From sequence record NC_018087.3: a stretch of DNA of 64,000 nucleotides; one strand, 5' to 3'. The position numbers were made by a program, and so were the translations under genes. The notes under the pieces are model-generated. The model saw nothing but the letters and a program-made list of their open reading frames with translations. It was not told the origin of the DNA and made no database searches. Shown here one piece after another: positions 41,218-52,546 of the stretch (its first letter is position 1; each line of letters begins with the position of its first letter). This DNA comes from Acinetobacter phage ZZ1.

Positions 41218-42780
41218 ATGAGTATGCTAGCGGATAGTGATTTGAAAATGTTCGCATTCTGGCACAAAGTTGACGACACAGAATACGACAAAATTATTAA
41301 CGATAAAGCAGAATCTATTACTGCCCCAAAGTTTGATGACGGTGCGACAGAAGTTGATTCGCAAGATATTGCATATAATGGTGTATTCCAAAAACTTTAT
41401 GGTAGTCAGGACCCAACGGCAACATCCACACGCGAATTAATCAATACTTATCGCAGTTTATTAAATAATTATGAAGTTGATAATGCTGTACAAGAAATTG
41501 TTTCAGATGCAATTGTATATGAAGAGGGTTTTGATGTAGTTTCAATTGATTTGGATCAAACCGCTTTTACCGAAAATATTAGAAATTTAATTTCAGATGA
41601 ATTTAATTCTGTTTTAAATATGTTAAATTTTCAACGCAAAGGTTCTGATCATTTTAAACGTTGGTACGTCGATTCTCGTGTATTTTTTCATAAAATTATC
41701 AACCCAAATAGGCCAAAAGATGGAATTATTGAACTTCGTCGATTAGATCCACGTAATGTTCAATTCGTCCGTGAACTTGACACCAAAATGGAAAATGGTG
41801 TTAAAGTTGTAAAAGGTTATCGCGAATATTTTTTATATGATACAGAATTAGAATCATATCAATGCGGTCATCAACATTTTGCAGCTGGTACAAAAATTAA
41901 AATTCCATATTCTGCTATGGTTTATGCCCATTCGGGATTAGTAGACTGTTGTGGTAAAAATATTATCGGATATTTACATAGAGCAGTAAAACCGGCAAAT
42001 CAATTAAAATTGCTTGAAGACGCAATGATGATTTACCGTATTACACGTGCTCCAGACCGTCGTGTTTTTTATATTGATACCGGTAATATGCCTGCTCGTA
42101 AAGCTGCACAACATATGCAGCATATTATGAATTCACATAGAAATAGAATTTCATATGATGCAAGAACGGGTAAAGTAAAAAATCAAGCCAATATGATGGC
42201 CTTAACTGAGGATTATTGGCTACAACGACGTGATGGTAAAGCTGTCACAGAAGTTGAAACATTACCAGGTATGACCGGAATGAATGAAATGGATGACATT
42301 TTATATTTCCGTAAAGCACTTTATATGGCGCTTAGAGTACCATTATCACGTATTCCTGATGAACAAACACAAAATGTGTTTGATATGTCAACGGCTATTT
42401 CAAGAGATGAATTATCATTTGATAAGTTTATTTCGGAATTACAACATAAATTTGAGGAAATTTTCCTCAGTCCGTTAAAAAGTAATCTTTTACTTAAACG
42501 CGTAATTACAGAAGATGAGTGGGAAGCAGAACTAAATAATATTAAGATTGTGTTCCACAAAAATTCATACTTTTCAGAAATGAAAACGATTGAAATAACG
42601 GAACGCCGCGTTAATGTTTTAAGTTTAATGGAACCTTATATTGGAAAGTATATTTCTAACCATACTGCCATGAAAGACTTCTTGCAAATGTCAGACGAAG
42701 ACATCGCAGCCGAACGAAAGCTCATTGATGAAGAGCTATCAGACAAAATATTTAACCCACCAGAACCAGAGGAAATCTAA
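41218..42780 (+). CDS. 20: gp20 portal vertex protein
   Basis: 520 aa versus 524 aa in T4. Confidence 0.85.
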   Translation: MSMLADSDLKMFAFWHKVDDTEYDKIINDKAESITAPKFDDGATEVDSQDIAYNGVFQKLYGSQDPTATSTRELINTYRSLLNNYEVDNAVQEIVSDAIVYEEGFDVVSIDLDQTAFTENIRNLISDEFNSVLNMLNFQRKGSDHFKRWYVDSRVFFHKIINPNRPKDGIIELRRLDPRNVQFVRELDTKMENGVKVVKGYREYFLYDTELESYQCGHQHFAAGTKIKIPYSAMVYAHSGLVDCCGKNIIGYLHRAVKPANQLKLLEDAMMIYRITRAPDRRVFYIDTGNMPARKAAQHMQHIMNSHRNRISYDARTGKVKNQANMMALTEDYWLQRRDGKAVTEVETLPGMTGMNEMDDILYFRKALYMALRVPLSRIPDEQTQNVFDMSTAISRDELSFDKFISELQHKFEEIFLSPLKSNLLLKRVITEDEWEAELNNIKIVFHKNSYFSEMKTIEITERRVNVLSLMEPYIGKYISNHTAMKDFLQMSDEDIAAERKLIDEELSDKIFNPPEPEEI

Positions 42781-43031
42781 TGAGCGATATTATCCAAGCC
42801 ATTAATTCCAACGACCTTGTAAAATTTAAGCGATGCTTTGCTGAAGCTATGAAGGAAAAAGTTGGAAAAATCTTAAAAGAAGAACAACTTGCTATTGCCA
42901 AAAGCATCATGGTTGAAGGCGAATATGTTGTTGAATCAGAAGAAGACGCTATCGAAGATGAAGACGATGGCTCTAATGATGCAGACAATGATGATAAAAA
43001 GAAAAAGAATCATAAAAAAGACGAGGACTAA
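42780..43031 (+). CDS. 67: gp67 prohead core protein
   Basis: 83 aa with an acidic C-terminal tail. Confidence 0.65.
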   Translation: MSDIIQAINSNDLVKFKRCFAEAMKEKVGKILKEEQLAIAKSIMVEGEYVVESEEDAIEDEDDGSNDADNDDKKKKNHKKDED

Positions 43032-43033
43032 AA

Positions 43034-43459
43034 ATGCAACTTATTGTTGAGAACGAATTAGTTTTTGATGATGTAGTTAATTTTTTGCCAGAAGCTGAAC
43101 AACGATTTAAGGATTTATCTGCTGTATTTTCACATGAAGAAATTCAACGTATCGTCGAAAATATGGTAGATAAAACACCTATTATGGCAATTGCATTAGG
43201 TTCACTTGTTGAATCTATGCCATTAAATGAATTTATGGTTAAGCATGTTAGTTCTAAAGGTGAATTAACTCGCACCAAAGACCGTAAAACTCGTCAGCGT
43301 CTTGCATTTCAAACTACAGGTTTATCTAAATCAGCTCGCCGCCAAATCGCTCGCAAAGCTGTTAAAACCAAAAAAGCTAATCCAAATGATCAAATTCGTG
43401 CCCAAAAGAAAATTAAAAAGGCAAAACTTAAACGTAAATCAATGTATGGATTAGACTAA
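43034..43459 (+). CDS. 68: gp68 prohead core protein
   Basis: 141 aa, equal to T4. Confidence 0.65.
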   Translation: MQLIVENELVFDDVVNFLPEAEQRFKDLSAVFSHEEIQRIVENMVDKTPIMAIALGSLVESMPLNEFMVKHVSSKGELTRTKDRKTRQRLAFQTTGLSKSARRQIARKAVKTKKANPNDQIRAQKKIKKAKLKRKSMYGLD

Positions 43460-44103
43460 TGACCGAAGAAATGCTACTTATTGAGCATTGGGGTCAACCA
43501 GCAACCGTTAATGATGTTACACCGACGATGATTAGCGAATCAGCTAATGGTAAATTAAAACCGGGATTATATATCGAAGGTGTATTTCTTCAAGCAGAAG
43601 TAGTTAATAGAAATAAGCGTCTTTATCCAAAACGTATTCTTGAAACTGCTGTTGATAAGTACATTAAAGAACAGGTTGTTACAATGCAGGCTTTGGGTGA
43701 ATTAAATCATCCTGCTCGAGCCCATGTTGATCCAATGCAAGCTGCCATTATCATTGAAGATATGTGGTGGGAAGGTAATAATGTTATGGGCCGCGCTCGT
43801 ATTATTGAGGGTGATAATGGTCCAGGTGATAAACTTGCTGCAAATATTAGAGCAGGCTGGATTCCAGGAGTATCTAGTCGAGGTTTAGGGTCAATTAAAA
43901 GTTCCGGCCGAGGTTATAATATTGTACAAGAAGGTTTCCGTTTAACAGTGGGTGTAGATGCTGTTTGGGGCCCAAGTGCACCTGATGCCTTTGTTACACC
44001 AAAACAAATTACTGAGAGTGTAGAACCAGCTGAAGAACCGGTTAAAAGTTCAAGTGCTGATTCAGCTTTTAAAACCTTAATTGGCAACTTAAAAGCATTA
44101 TAA
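43459..44103 (+). CDS. 21: gp21 prohead core protease
   Basis: 214 aa versus 212 aa in T4. Confidence 0.8.
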   Translation: MTEEMLLIEHWGQPATVNDVTPTMISESANGKLKPGLYIEGVFLQAEVVNRNKRLYPKRILETAVDKYIKEQVVTMQALGELNHPARAHVDPMQAAIIIEDMWWEGNNVMGRARIIEGDNGPGDKLAANIRAGWIPGVSSRGLGSIKSSGRGYNIVQEGFRLTVGVDAVWGPSAPDAFVTPKQITESVEPAEEPVKSSSADSAFKTLIGNLKAL

Positions 44104-44106
44104 ATA
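44099..44106 (+). promoter_or_regulatory. late promoter TATAAATA for gene 22
   Basis: exact TATAAATA 27 bp upstream of the gp22 ATG. Confidence 0.55.
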
Positions 44107-44132
44107 AAAGTATATTAAAACAGGACACCAAA

Positions 44133-44969
44133 ATGCTGAAAGAACAATTACTCAATGAAGCGAAAACTATTACCGCTTCTGTAGAATTAGACGGTATTTT
44201 TGAATCAGTTGAACTTTCACCAGAAACTCAAGAAAGCTTCAAAACAGTATTCGAACAAGCCGTTAAGAAAAACGCTGTTGATTTGGCTGAAAAGCATATT
44301 TTAGATATTGCTGAAAAAGCTGAAGAAAAATTAGAAGAAGCTACTTTAGCTGCAACTACTAAGCTTGAAGAAAAAATGTTAGCAATCGCAGACAAATTCT
44401 TTGAACATACTGCTGCAGATTGGCTCGCTGAAAATAAAGTCGAAGTCCATCGTGGAATCAAAGCTGATTTATTTGAATCTATGTTTGGTGGTTTAAAAGC
44501 ATTGTTTGTTGAGCATAATGTTGAACTTCCTGCAGAATCTGTTGATGTTGTTGCAGAAATGGAAGAAGAACTCCAAGAAACAAAAAATGAAACTTCTAAA
44601 TTATTTGATACTTTAACAGAAACACAAAGTGAATTAAGTGAATTAAAACGCACAGTCGCTGTTGATAAAGCGGTTGCGGATTTAACAGAATCACAAAAAG
44701 AAAAAGTTCATAACTTAATTGAAGGTTTAGATTATAGCGATACTTTTGATGTTAAGTTGAATGCAATTGTTGAAATGGCTAAGGGCTCAAAAGAAGCACC
44801 AGTTCTTTCAGAATCAACTCAAAATGAGCCAGTTGCAAATGAACTAAATAAAGTTAATGATGCTGATGCTGCTGGACTTAATTTTGTCGTAGAAGCACAT
44901 GAACCAGCTGAAGAAGCTAAACCAACAACTAATATGAACCGCTACGTTTCTGCGGCGCAAAAGCTTTAA
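44133..44969 (+). CDS. 22: gp22 prohead scaffold core protein
   Basis: 278 aa, Glu/Ala-rich, helical. Confidence 0.75.
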   Translation: MLKEQLLNEAKTITASVELDGIFESVELSPETQESFKTVFEQAVKKNAVDLAEKHILDIAEKAEEKLEEATLAATTKLEEKMLAIADKFFEHTAADWLAENKVEVHRGIKADLFESMFGGLKALFVEHNVELPAESVDVVAEMEEELQETKNETSKLFDTLTETQSELSELKRTVAVDKAVADLTESQKEKVHNLIEGLDYSDTFDVKLNAIVEMAKGSKEAPVLSESTQNEPVANELNKVNDADAAGLNFVVEAHEPAEEAKPTTNMNRYVSAAQKL

Positions 44970-44994
44970 TAAAATTTTTATAGGTACATAACAC

Positions 44995-46575
44995 ATGACT
45001 ACTAAACAAAAATCACAATCTGATCTTATGGTTGAAAACTGGACTCCACTTATTGAAGCTGAAGGCCTTCCAGAAATTTCAAAAGACAAATATAAAATTA
45101 TGGCCCGCATTTTCGAAAATCAAGAAAAAGATTTCGAAACTGGTATTGAATATCGTGACCCAGAAATTGCTAAAGCATTTAGTGGCTTCTTAGCTGAAGC
45201 TGAAGTTGGCGGTGACCATGGTTACGACGCAACAAATATTGCAGCTGGTCAAACTTCTGGTGCAGTGACGCAAATTGCTCCTGCTGTTATGGGTATGGTT
45301 CGTCGTTCACTTCCAAATTTAATCGCATTTGATATTGCTGGTGTTCAACCACTTGACAAACCTACTGGCCAATTCTTTGCAGTTCGTTCTGTTTATGGTG
45401 CTGACCCTCTTGCAGCTGGTGCTAAAGAAGCATTACACCCAATGTTCTCACCTGACACAATGCATTCTGGTCAAGGTGCGGCTGAAGCATTTGAAAACGT
45501 TAAAGCTGGTGATTCATTAGCAATTGGTGACATTAAACGTCATGACTTTGCAGATACTGGCCGTGTTTATATCCAAGCGGTTAAAGCTGTAACTGTTGAC
45601 GCTGGTGCAACTGATGCAGAAAAACTTGATATCGAAGTTAAAAAATTGATGGAAGCTGGTTCTGTTGCTGAAATCGGTGAAGGTATGGCTACTTCTGTTG
45701 CTGAACTTCAAGAAGGTTTCAATGGTTCAACAGGTAATCCTTGGAATGAAATGTCATTCCGTATTGACAAACAATCAGTTGAAGTTAAATCACGTCAATT
45801 AAAAGCACAATACACAATTGAACTTGCTCAAGACTTAAAAGCTGTTCATGGTATGGATGCTGATGCTGAATTAGCTGGTTTACTTGCTACTGAAATTATG
45901 CTTGAAATCAACCGTGAAATCGTTGACTGGATTAACTTCTCTGCTCAAATCGGTAAAACTGGTTGGACACAAGCTCCTGGTTCTAAAGCTGGTGTGTTTG
46001 ATTTCCAAGACCCAGTAGATGTTAAAGGCGCTCGTTGGGCTGGTGAAGCTTACAAAGCACTCTTAATCCAAATCGATAAAGAAGCTTCTGAAATTGCACG
46101 TCAAACAGGTCGTGGTATTGGTAACTTTATCATTGCATCTCGTAACGTTGTAATGGCTCTTGCTCAAGTTGATACTAATGTAACTCCAGCTGCTCAAGGT
46201 CTTGCAAAAGGTCTTAACTACGATACAACTAAAGCAACATTTGCTGGTGTATTAGGTGGCCGTTATAAAGTTTATATCGATCAATATGCTCGCCAAGACT
46301 ACTTCACAGTAGGTTTCAAAGGCGGTAGTGAAATGGATGCTGGTATCTACTACATGCCATATGTTCCATTAACACCATTACGCGGTGCTGATCCTAAGAA
46401 CTTCCAACCTGTGATGGGCTTCAAAACTCGTTATGCAGTTGGTGTGAACCCGTTCGCAAACTCTGCTGAACAAGCTCCTGCTGGTAATAAGCGTATTAGC
46501 AATGGTATGCCTACTATCGAAAATTCTGCAGGTAAAAATGCATACTTCCGTAAGGTATATGTTAAAGGAATTTAA
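44995..46575 (+). CDS. 23: gp23 major capsid protein
   Basis: 526 aa versus 521 aa in T4. Confidence 0.9.
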   Translation: MTTKQKSQSDLMVENWTPLIEAEGLPEISKDKYKIMARIFENQEKDFETGIEYRDPEIAKAFSGFLAEAEVGGDHGYDATNIAAGQTSGAVTQIAPAVMGMVRRSLPNLIAFDIAGVQPLDKPTGQFFAVRSVYGADPLAAGAKEALHPMFSPDTMHSGQGAAEAFENVKAGDSLAIGDIKRHDFADTGRVYIQAVKAVTVDAGATDAEKLDIEVKKLMEAGSVAEIGEGMATSVAELQEGFNGSTGNPWNEMSFRIDKQSVEVKSRQLKAQYTIELAQDLKAVHGMDADAELAGLLATEIMLEINREIVDWINFSAQIGKTGWTQAPGSKAGVFDFQDPVDVKGARWAGEAYKALLIQIDKEASEIARQTGRGIGNFIIASRNVVMALAQVDTNVTPAAQGLAKGLNYDTTKATFAGVLGGRYKVYIDQYARQDYFTVGFKGGSEMDAGIYYMPYVPLTPLRGADPKNFQPVMGFKTRYAVGVNPFANSAEQAPAGNKRISNGMPTIENSAGKNAYFRKVYVKGI

Positions 46576-46599
46576 TCGATACGATTAACCTGAAATTAA

Positions 46600-46627
46600 A
46601 AAGGAGCCATGCGGCTCCTTTTATTTT
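46600..46627 (+). terminator. intrinsic terminator after gene 23
   Basis: aggagcc-atgc-ggctcct hairpin followed by TTTATTTT. Confidence 0.6.
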
Positions 46628-46668
46628 ATGTAATATCTAAATATGTTATATAACCTAGGAATAATAAA

Positions 46669-47940
46669 ATGAAACGTATTGACCAACTAATTACAGAGTC
46701 AACAAATACTCAAGCGGATAGTTTGGCTAGACCTGCATTATTATCATTAACACGTGCAACAACAAAATTAATTTATCAAGATTTAGTGGCTTCTCAGCCG
46801 ACAGATCAACCATTGGCAGCATTATACGGTATCAAATATCTAAACCCTAACAAAGAATTAACTTTTCTTACAGGGGCAACTTATGGTGGTCAATATGGCG
46901 TTGGTGATCGCGAATCTATGCCTATTTTATCAAATGCCAATAAAGATTCATTTAAAAAAGGTGATTTATTTATCTTTCAAAATGTAGTTTTTAAAGTTCT
47001 TAAAGATGCCCCATTTGATGGAACAACTGAAACCGAATTATTTGATATTGTATCAGAAGCTAATGCTGCCTCAACAGTTCGTATGGCACCAGAAGCTGCG
47101 GATGTTATGAAATTTGAAACTCATAATGCAGAAATTGCTGAAGCTGGATTTGTTGTAAACAAATGGCAAGCAGAAGTAAAAAGCCGCAAACTAAAGACAG
47201 AATTAACTGTTGAGCTTATCCAGGACATGGAAGCAAATGGATTTAATGCACCAGAAATGATTGAAGATATTCTTGCTACTCAAATGGCAGAAGAAGTTAA
47301 TAAAGATGTAATGCAATCATTAGTTACAGTTTCAAAACGATTTAAAGTTGCAGGCGTTTCGGATAAAGGTGTTTTAGACTTATCGACAGTAGGTAGTTCT
47401 GTTGAACAAGCTCGAAATTTATATCGTTATATCTGTGAAATGAATGCATCTATTCAACGTCAAACATCGTATTCTGCAACATATGTTGTTGCCACGTCTC
47501 GTGTTGCGGCTTTATTAGCTTCATCAGGTTGGATGAATCAACAAGATGACCAACCCGATGCAGCATATGGTACATTATTAAACGGATTACATGTATATTG
47601 TGACAATAATAGTCCAGTAGAATATGTTATTGTTGGTGTTAAAGATACTTATGGTTCTGACGAAATGATCGGTTCATTATTTTATGCACCTTATACCGAA
47701 GGTCTTAGTCCTGAAGCCGACCCGACAGACCATGTAGGGGCATATACTGTTATTAATGACGCATCATCATTACAACCAAAAATTGCATTATTATTACGAT
47801 ATGCACTTTGTGTAAATCCGTATACAATGGGATTAGATGATTCTGAAGCACGAGTTATTGACGCTTCAGATATGGATCAATTTGCAGGTCAAAGTGATAT
47901 GTCTGTATTACTTGGTGTTAAATTGCCAAAACTTGTGTAA
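46669..47940 (+). CDS. 24: gp24 capsid vertex protein
   Basis: 423 aa versus 427 aa in T4. Confidence 0.85.
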   Translation: MKRIDQLITESTNTQADSLARPALLSLTRATTKLIYQDLVASQPTDQPLAALYGIKYLNPNKELTFLTGATYGGQYGVGDRESMPILSNANKDSFKKGDLFIFQNVVFKVLKDAPFDGTTETELFDIVSEANAASTVRMAPEAADVMKFETHNAEIAEAGFVVNKWQAEVKSRKLKTELTVELIQDMEANGFNAPEMIEDILATQMAEEVNKDVMQSLVTVSKRFKVAGVSDKGVLDLSTVGSSVEQARNLYRYICEMNASIQRQTSYSATYVVATSRVAALLASSGWMNQQDDQPDAAYGTLLNGLHVYCDNNSPVEYVIVGVKDTYGSDEMIGSLFYAPYTEGLSPEADPTDHVGAYTVINDASSLQPKIALLLRYALCVNPYTMGLDDSEARVIDASDMDQFAGQSDMSVLLGVKLPKLV

Positions 47941-47974
47941 TAAATCGGGGCTTTAGCCCCAAAAAGGAAATTAA

Positions 47975-48295
47975 ATGCGCTTTACTATAAATTTTACTAT
48001 TAAACCAGATTTCAAATTTAATGATTTAATTTTGAAATCTTTTAAAGATCGTGATTCTACTGAATCAATTAAAGAATATAAAGAGTTTTTACATTTAACA
48101 TATGGTTATGAAGAAGAAAATTTACATGAAACTTTTTTGGGAATGAATTGGTTTCCATATAAAGCTATATTAACACTTATAGAAAGTGCTGCCAAGGCAA
48201 CTGAGTATAAGGATATCACTGGATTAGTATTATATCCACGCGGGGTTAATGACAATGCTGGTTCTTTTAGAATCACTAGGTTTATTCCTATTTAA
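47975..48295 (+). CDS. hypothetical protein
   Basis: 106-aa ORF. Overlaps the next ORF by 47 nt in another frame. Confidence 0.35.
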   Translation: MRFTINFTIKPDFKFNDLILKSFKDRDSTESIKEYKEFLHLTYGYEEENLHETFLGMNWFPYKAILTLIESAAKATEYKDITGLVLYPRGVNDNAGSFRITRFIPI

Positions 48296-48608
48296 TAGCG
48301 GAATGTTCAAAGCCGTGTATGAACGCGATGGTTGGGGTTCCGGTATTAATATATTATATGAGAATTTTGAAATTATAAAAGAAAAACCTTCTATAGAATT
48401 TTATCAAGAAATTATGTCGTTATTAATAGTAAAACCCAATATCCCTGATACATTTGAACGTATCCTACCGCCAATTGAACAACATGCTGAAAAATTTAAT
48501 AGTATTTTAAATTCTGTAAAATATGAGTTAAGGCAACAAGCAAAAAATCAAGAATCTATAAATGGTATTTCCATTCTTTTAAATGGGGGTATCAGAATTA
48601 ATTACTGA
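48249..48608 (+). CDS. hypothetical protein
   Basis: 119-aa ORF. Confidence 0.35.
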   Translation: MTMLVLLESLGLFLFNSGMFKAVYERDGWGSGINILYENFEIIKEKPSIEFYQEIMSLLIVKPNIPDTFERILPPIEQHAEKFNSILNSVKYELRQQAKNQESINGISILLNGGIRINY

Positions 48609-48721
48609 TGAAATTGTAGCATGGTTACAATTATCAGGGTTTAATACAGCAATAAAAGCACCAAGAGAAGCTTCTCTTGGTGACCAGTATTGGTCAATCA
48701 ATTTTTAAAACCTTTAAGGTC

Positions 48722-48750
48722 AAAAAAGCCGCTCAATTGAGCGGCTTTTT
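48722..48750. terminator. bidirectional intrinsic terminator
   Basis: gccgctc-aatt-gagcggc hairpin between an A6 run and a T5 run. Convergent genes on either side. Confidence 0.6.
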
Positions 48751-48751
48751 A

Positions 48752-49870
48752 TTAATAAATGATACCAACTTCAAATGCAGATCGATGAATAATTCGACCA
48801 TTACGAGATTCTTGAACATCAACTTCAGGGAAGTCTTCTAACATTTTTGCAAGAACCGCTAAATGGCAGTAATAGGGCGAATCCTCTTTTGTAGCGGATT
48901 TCCAATCTTTACCTTCTTTGGTTAATTTTTCGATGGCATCCATTACCCACCATCCAGTCCAAATATACGCAGAATTACGTTGTGGCAAAGGATGAACATA
49001 TACTAATGGGCATTCTTCAGGAACTTCAATTGTTTTAACTGAAATAGCCAATTCATTAGAAGTTACGGTAACAGAATCATAATCAGTAGCAGAAACAGCA
49101 ACAGTTAATTTTACAGTTTCAGTGCCAGCTTCCGTAGGTGTTTTTGTTAAAGTATTTCCCGTAGAATTATCAGACCATTTATACTCAACAGTTGCACCTT
49201 CTGGTATCCCATTCACTGCAGATGTTATTGTATATGATTCGCCTAATTTAATAACTGGCGTTTCAGTTGCAATAACAACCGTTGGAGACATAGTTTTATT
49301 TTTAATAGTAATTTGAACAGCATTTGATGTAGCTATGCCATCTTGATAGTTTGGTGCTTTAACGGTAACTTTACAAGTATATGATGTTTGGCTATTTTTA
49401 GCAGCTATAAGTGCAATACTTTTGGTTTTATTTGTGCTAGCACTACCCCAATCATAATCAATAGTAGCACCTTCTGGCGCCCCAGTAACTTCACATGTTA
49501 AAGTATATTGATCGCCAATTGTAACGAGTTCTTTATCCGTAGTAAGAAGAACTGTTAAATTCATAACGTTGTCTTCAACAGTTAAAGTAACAGTGTCTTC
49601 GGCTATTGAATCTTCAGTATCTTGAGCCTTTGTTGTTGCTATTACCTTAACAGAATATGTTCCTGCTTTTGCGGGCTTATACGTCATTGTTGATGCGGTT
49701 GAATCTTGTGCAGCACCATCTACAGTCCAAACATATGTTGTAATAGCATCAGGAATTTCTTCGGTACCACTGACTGTTGCAGTGAATAACTGCGATTTTC
49801 CTGTTGCAATTGATGCAGCGACTGGCGTAATTTTTACTGTTGTTGCCATTATTCTAGGCTCCGTTGTCAT
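48752..49870 (-). CDS. hoc: Hoc-like capsid decoration protein with three Ig-like domains
   Basis: 372 aa versus 376 aa in T4. Three ~90-aa beta-rich repeats (TYSVKVIATT..., SYTCKVTVKA..., ETVKLTVAVS...) and a distinct C-terminal domain. Confidence 0.65.
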   Translation of the reverse strand: MTTEPRIMATTVKITPVAASIATGKSQLFTATVSGTEEIPDAITTYVWTVDGAAQDSTASTMTYKPAKAGTYSVKVIATTKAQDTEDSIAEDTVTLTVEDNVMNLTVLLTTDKELVTIGDQYTLTCEVTGAPEGATIDYDWGSASTNKTKSIALIAAKNSQTSYTCKVTVKAPNYQDGIATSNAVQITIKNKTMSPTVVIATETPVIKLGESYTITSAVNGIPEGATVEYKWSDNSTGNTLTKTPTEAGTETVKLTVAVSATDYDSVTVTSNELAISVKTIEVPEECPLVYVHPLPQRNSAYIWTGWWVMDAIEKLTKEGKDWKSATKEDSPYYCHLAVLAKMLEDFPEVDVQESRNGRIIHRSAFEVGIIY

Positions 49871-49926
49871 TGTGAATGATTTTTCTAATGTTAGTTCTTG
49901 ATTGACGTAATCAGGATGAGATAATT

Positions 49927-50157
49927 TTATACACCTTTAATTGTGTGTTTACCAGGATGAGTAGCCGGTATAGCTAATTCATTTTCTTTAATAGATTCAA
50001 CAATATTATTATCCAAATACCATATAGGCTTATGGATAGTTAATTCATCGGAATTTTCTATTAAATCAAGTCCAGTTATATTATGTACAGCAGTTAATAA
50101 CTCACCCCAAGGCGATAACTTTATCATTAAGATATACTGGAACTTCCGGTATATCAT
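49927..50157 (-). CDS. hypothetical protein
   Basis: 76-aa ORF. Confidence 0.35.
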   Translation of the reverse strand: MIYRKFQYILMIKLSPWGELLTAVHNITGLDLIENSDELTIHKPIWYLDNNIVESIKENELAIPATHPGKHTIKGV

Positions 50158-50228
50158 GCACTATGATTTTACTAAATGCCATTATAACCTCTTATAATGT
50201 GAAATTGGGACCGAGAAGGTCCCATTTG

Positions 50229-50942
50229 TTATGATAACACAACAAAACTTGAATTTCGTGTTTCACGAATACGGACATAACCGTCGCGTTTAATATAATA
50301 AATTAAACTATATATTGTGTCATACCCATATGCATGAGGGAATGACGTTGGATTTGACATCCAATTTGGGTTTTGAACGATCCAATCATAAATCCAAAAC
50401 GGTAAAGTCACATACGAATGTTGACCATGACCAAGCATTAATAATGTTGGAGAAAAGTTTTTAGGTAATGAATCTAAAACACTTTTGCGTTCTTCAAGAG
50501 CATCAGTTAATTTTTCAGTAAAATCTTCAGGTAATGAAGATTGATCAAGAGATGTCATTTGGGGTTGATTAAAAGCTTCTGCTAAATCTTCATGTGTTAA
50601 ACCTTTATCTGGTTTAATCTCTGACTGGTTTTCAATAACTTTAATATCTTCAACAATTGGGGAATCAACTAAAAGTTCAGGTTCTTCTTTAAACTCGCCC
50701 TGTAATGTACCATCAACACTGGCTTGAATCATATCTGCAATTGATATACCTTCATTATCTTCAGGCATTGGCTCATTTGCTAGTTCTTCTAATTGAGCTT
50801 CAATATCAGCAACCATCTTATCAAAAGATTGGTTTTTCTTAACAGTAATATTAAAGGTTTTAGCATATTCAACTAAAGCTACTTTTGATGCTTTTAAATC
50901 TTCAATTTCACGCAATTCATTAATATAATTAACATCTATCAT
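50229..50942 (-). CDS. hypothetical protein (at the T4 inh position)
   Basis: 237-aa acidic protein between hoc and uvsW. Confidence 0.4.
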   Translation of the reverse strand: MIDVNYINELREIEDLKASKVALVEYAKTFNITVKKNQSFDKMVADIEAQLEELANEPMPEDNEGISIADMIQASVDGTLQGEFKEEPELLVDSPIVEDIKVIENQSEIKPDKGLTHEDLAEAFNQPQMTSLDQSSLPEDFTEKLTDALEERKSVLDSLPKNFSPTLLMLGHGQHSYVTLPFWIYDWIVQNPNWMSNPTSFPHAYGYDTIYSLIYYIKRDGYVRIRETRNSSFVVLS

Positions 50943-51011
50943 AAGATTTCCTCTATGAGTTTTATTTTATTTAGCTAAATACATTTATACTTTTATAATG
51001 AGCAATGTGCC

Positions 51012-52514
51012 ATGACTGATATTAAAATTGAATTTTACAATTATAGTCATGTGAGAATTATTGCTAAACAATCGATTTTTAGAGAGCTTCGCGATTATTT
51101 TTCATACTTCGCAGACGGATACCAATTTCATCCAAAATATGTATATGGTGATTGGGACGGAAAAATTAAGCTAATGGAACCAAATGGTTTATTGCCTTTT
51201 GGCCTCGTTAATCAAGTGGTAAAATTCTCACAAAATAATATGATGACTATCAGCATCCATCCGGATGTATCACATATAAATGATCTAGATAAAGAAGTAT
51301 TTATGAATTGGATAGATTCTAAAAAATATTTTTCTGGGCCGGATGAAATTTATCCACATTGGTATCAAATTGAAGCTGTTTACCAATCATTGGTTAATAA
51401 AAGACGTATTTTAAATTTACCTACTTCTGCTGGTAAATCACTTATTCAGGCATTATTGACAAAATATACTTTAGAACACTCCGATCGATCTGTATTAATT
51501 ATTGTACCTACGACCGCATTAGTAACTCAAATGAAAGATGATTTTGTAGATTATCGTTTATTTGAACCAGAAGAAATTGCAGAAGTGCGTTCAGGTTCAA
51601 AAATGAAACATCAACGAGTTGTTGTATCGACTTGGCAAAGTGCTGTTAAAAAACCTGCAGATTGGTTTAATCAATTTGGGATGCTATTACTTGATGAAAT
51701 GCATTTAGCAATTGGAACATCAATTTCTTCTATTATTAAAAAATTAGCATATTGCGAATATAAAATCGGCCTATCAGGTTCATTGCGTGATGGCAAAGCT
51801 AATTTAATGCAATATGTTGGTTTATTTGGAGAAATTTATTGCCCGGTTACTACTAAACAATTAATGGATACGGGACAAGTCTCACAACTTAAAATCAATG
51901 CGTTATTCTTAAAATATCCTGAACGGTTTTCAAATGCTATTGCTTCTTTAGATTATAAAGAGGAAATTAAAGTCATTACAAATTCGGCTAGACGCACACA
52001 GTGGGTGGCCGGCCTTTCTACAAAATTGGCAAGTAGAAATGAAAATGTATTTGTAATGTTTAAGCATGTTGAACATGGTAAACGAATTTATGATGAAATT
52101 AAATCATTAGGCTATGAACATGTTTATTATGTATCTGGTGAAATTTCAACAGAGCAAAGGACATTTTTTAAAAAATTAGCGGAAGAAAATGCAGGTGTAA
52201 TTATTGTTGCATCATATGGTGTATTTTCAACAGGAATTTCAGTTAAAAATTTGCATCATGTAATTTTTGCACATCCCGTAAAATCTAAAGTAATTGTTCT
52301 TCAAACTGTTGGACGGGTACTAAGAAAACACAAGTCTAAGTCTCTTGCACAGATTTGGGACTTGATCGATGATTCATCCATGACTGTTGAGAGTCATGGA
52401 ATGAAGAGACGTAAAAACGTCAACTATGCATTAAAACATGGCATTGAGAGAATTGAGAGATATGGTATCGAACAATTTGATTATGTCATGAAAAATGTGA
52501 ACTTTCTTGAATAA
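51012..52514 (+). CDS. uvsW: UvsW DNA helicase
   Basis: 500 aa versus 503 aa in T4. Walker A LPTSAGKS. DEMH DEAD-like box. Helicase C motifs. Confidence 0.85.
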   Translation: MTDIKIEFYNYSHVRIIAKQSIFRELRDYFSYFADGYQFHPKYVYGDWDGKIKLMEPNGLLPFGLVNQVVKFSQNNMMTISIHPDVSHINDLDKEVFMNWIDSKKYFSGPDEIYPHWYQIEAVYQSLVNKRRILNLPTSAGKSLIQALLTKYTLEHSDRSVLIIVPTTALVTQMKDDFVDYRLFEPEEIAEVRSGSKMKHQRVVVSTWQSAVKKPADWFNQFGMLLLDEMHLAIGTSISSIIKKLAYCEYKIGLSGSLRDGKANLMQYVGLFGEIYCPVTTKQLMDTGQVSQLKINALFLKYPERFSNAIASLDYKEEIKVITNSARRTQWVAGLSTKLASRNENVFVMFKHVEHGKRIYDEIKSLGYEHVYYVSGEISTEQRTFFKKLAEENAGVIIVASYGVFSTGISVKNLHHVIFAHPVKSKVIVLQTVGRVLRKHKSKSLAQIWDLIDDSSMTVESHGMKRRKNVNYALKHGIERIERYGIEQFDYVMKNVNFLE

Positions 52515-52515
52515 C

Positions 52516-52546
52516 AAAAAGGAGCCGTTAGGCTCCTTTTTTATAC
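52516..52546. terminator. bidirectional intrinsic terminator after uvsW
   Basis: ggagcc-gtta-ggctcc hairpin between an A5 run and a T6 run. Confidence 0.55.

Noticed and set aside
47945-47962. ggggc-ttta-gcccc hairpin after gene 24 as a terminator
   Set aside because: It is followed by an A-run rather than a T-run on the plus strand, and no T-run precedes it. It was kept only as a possible RNA structure.
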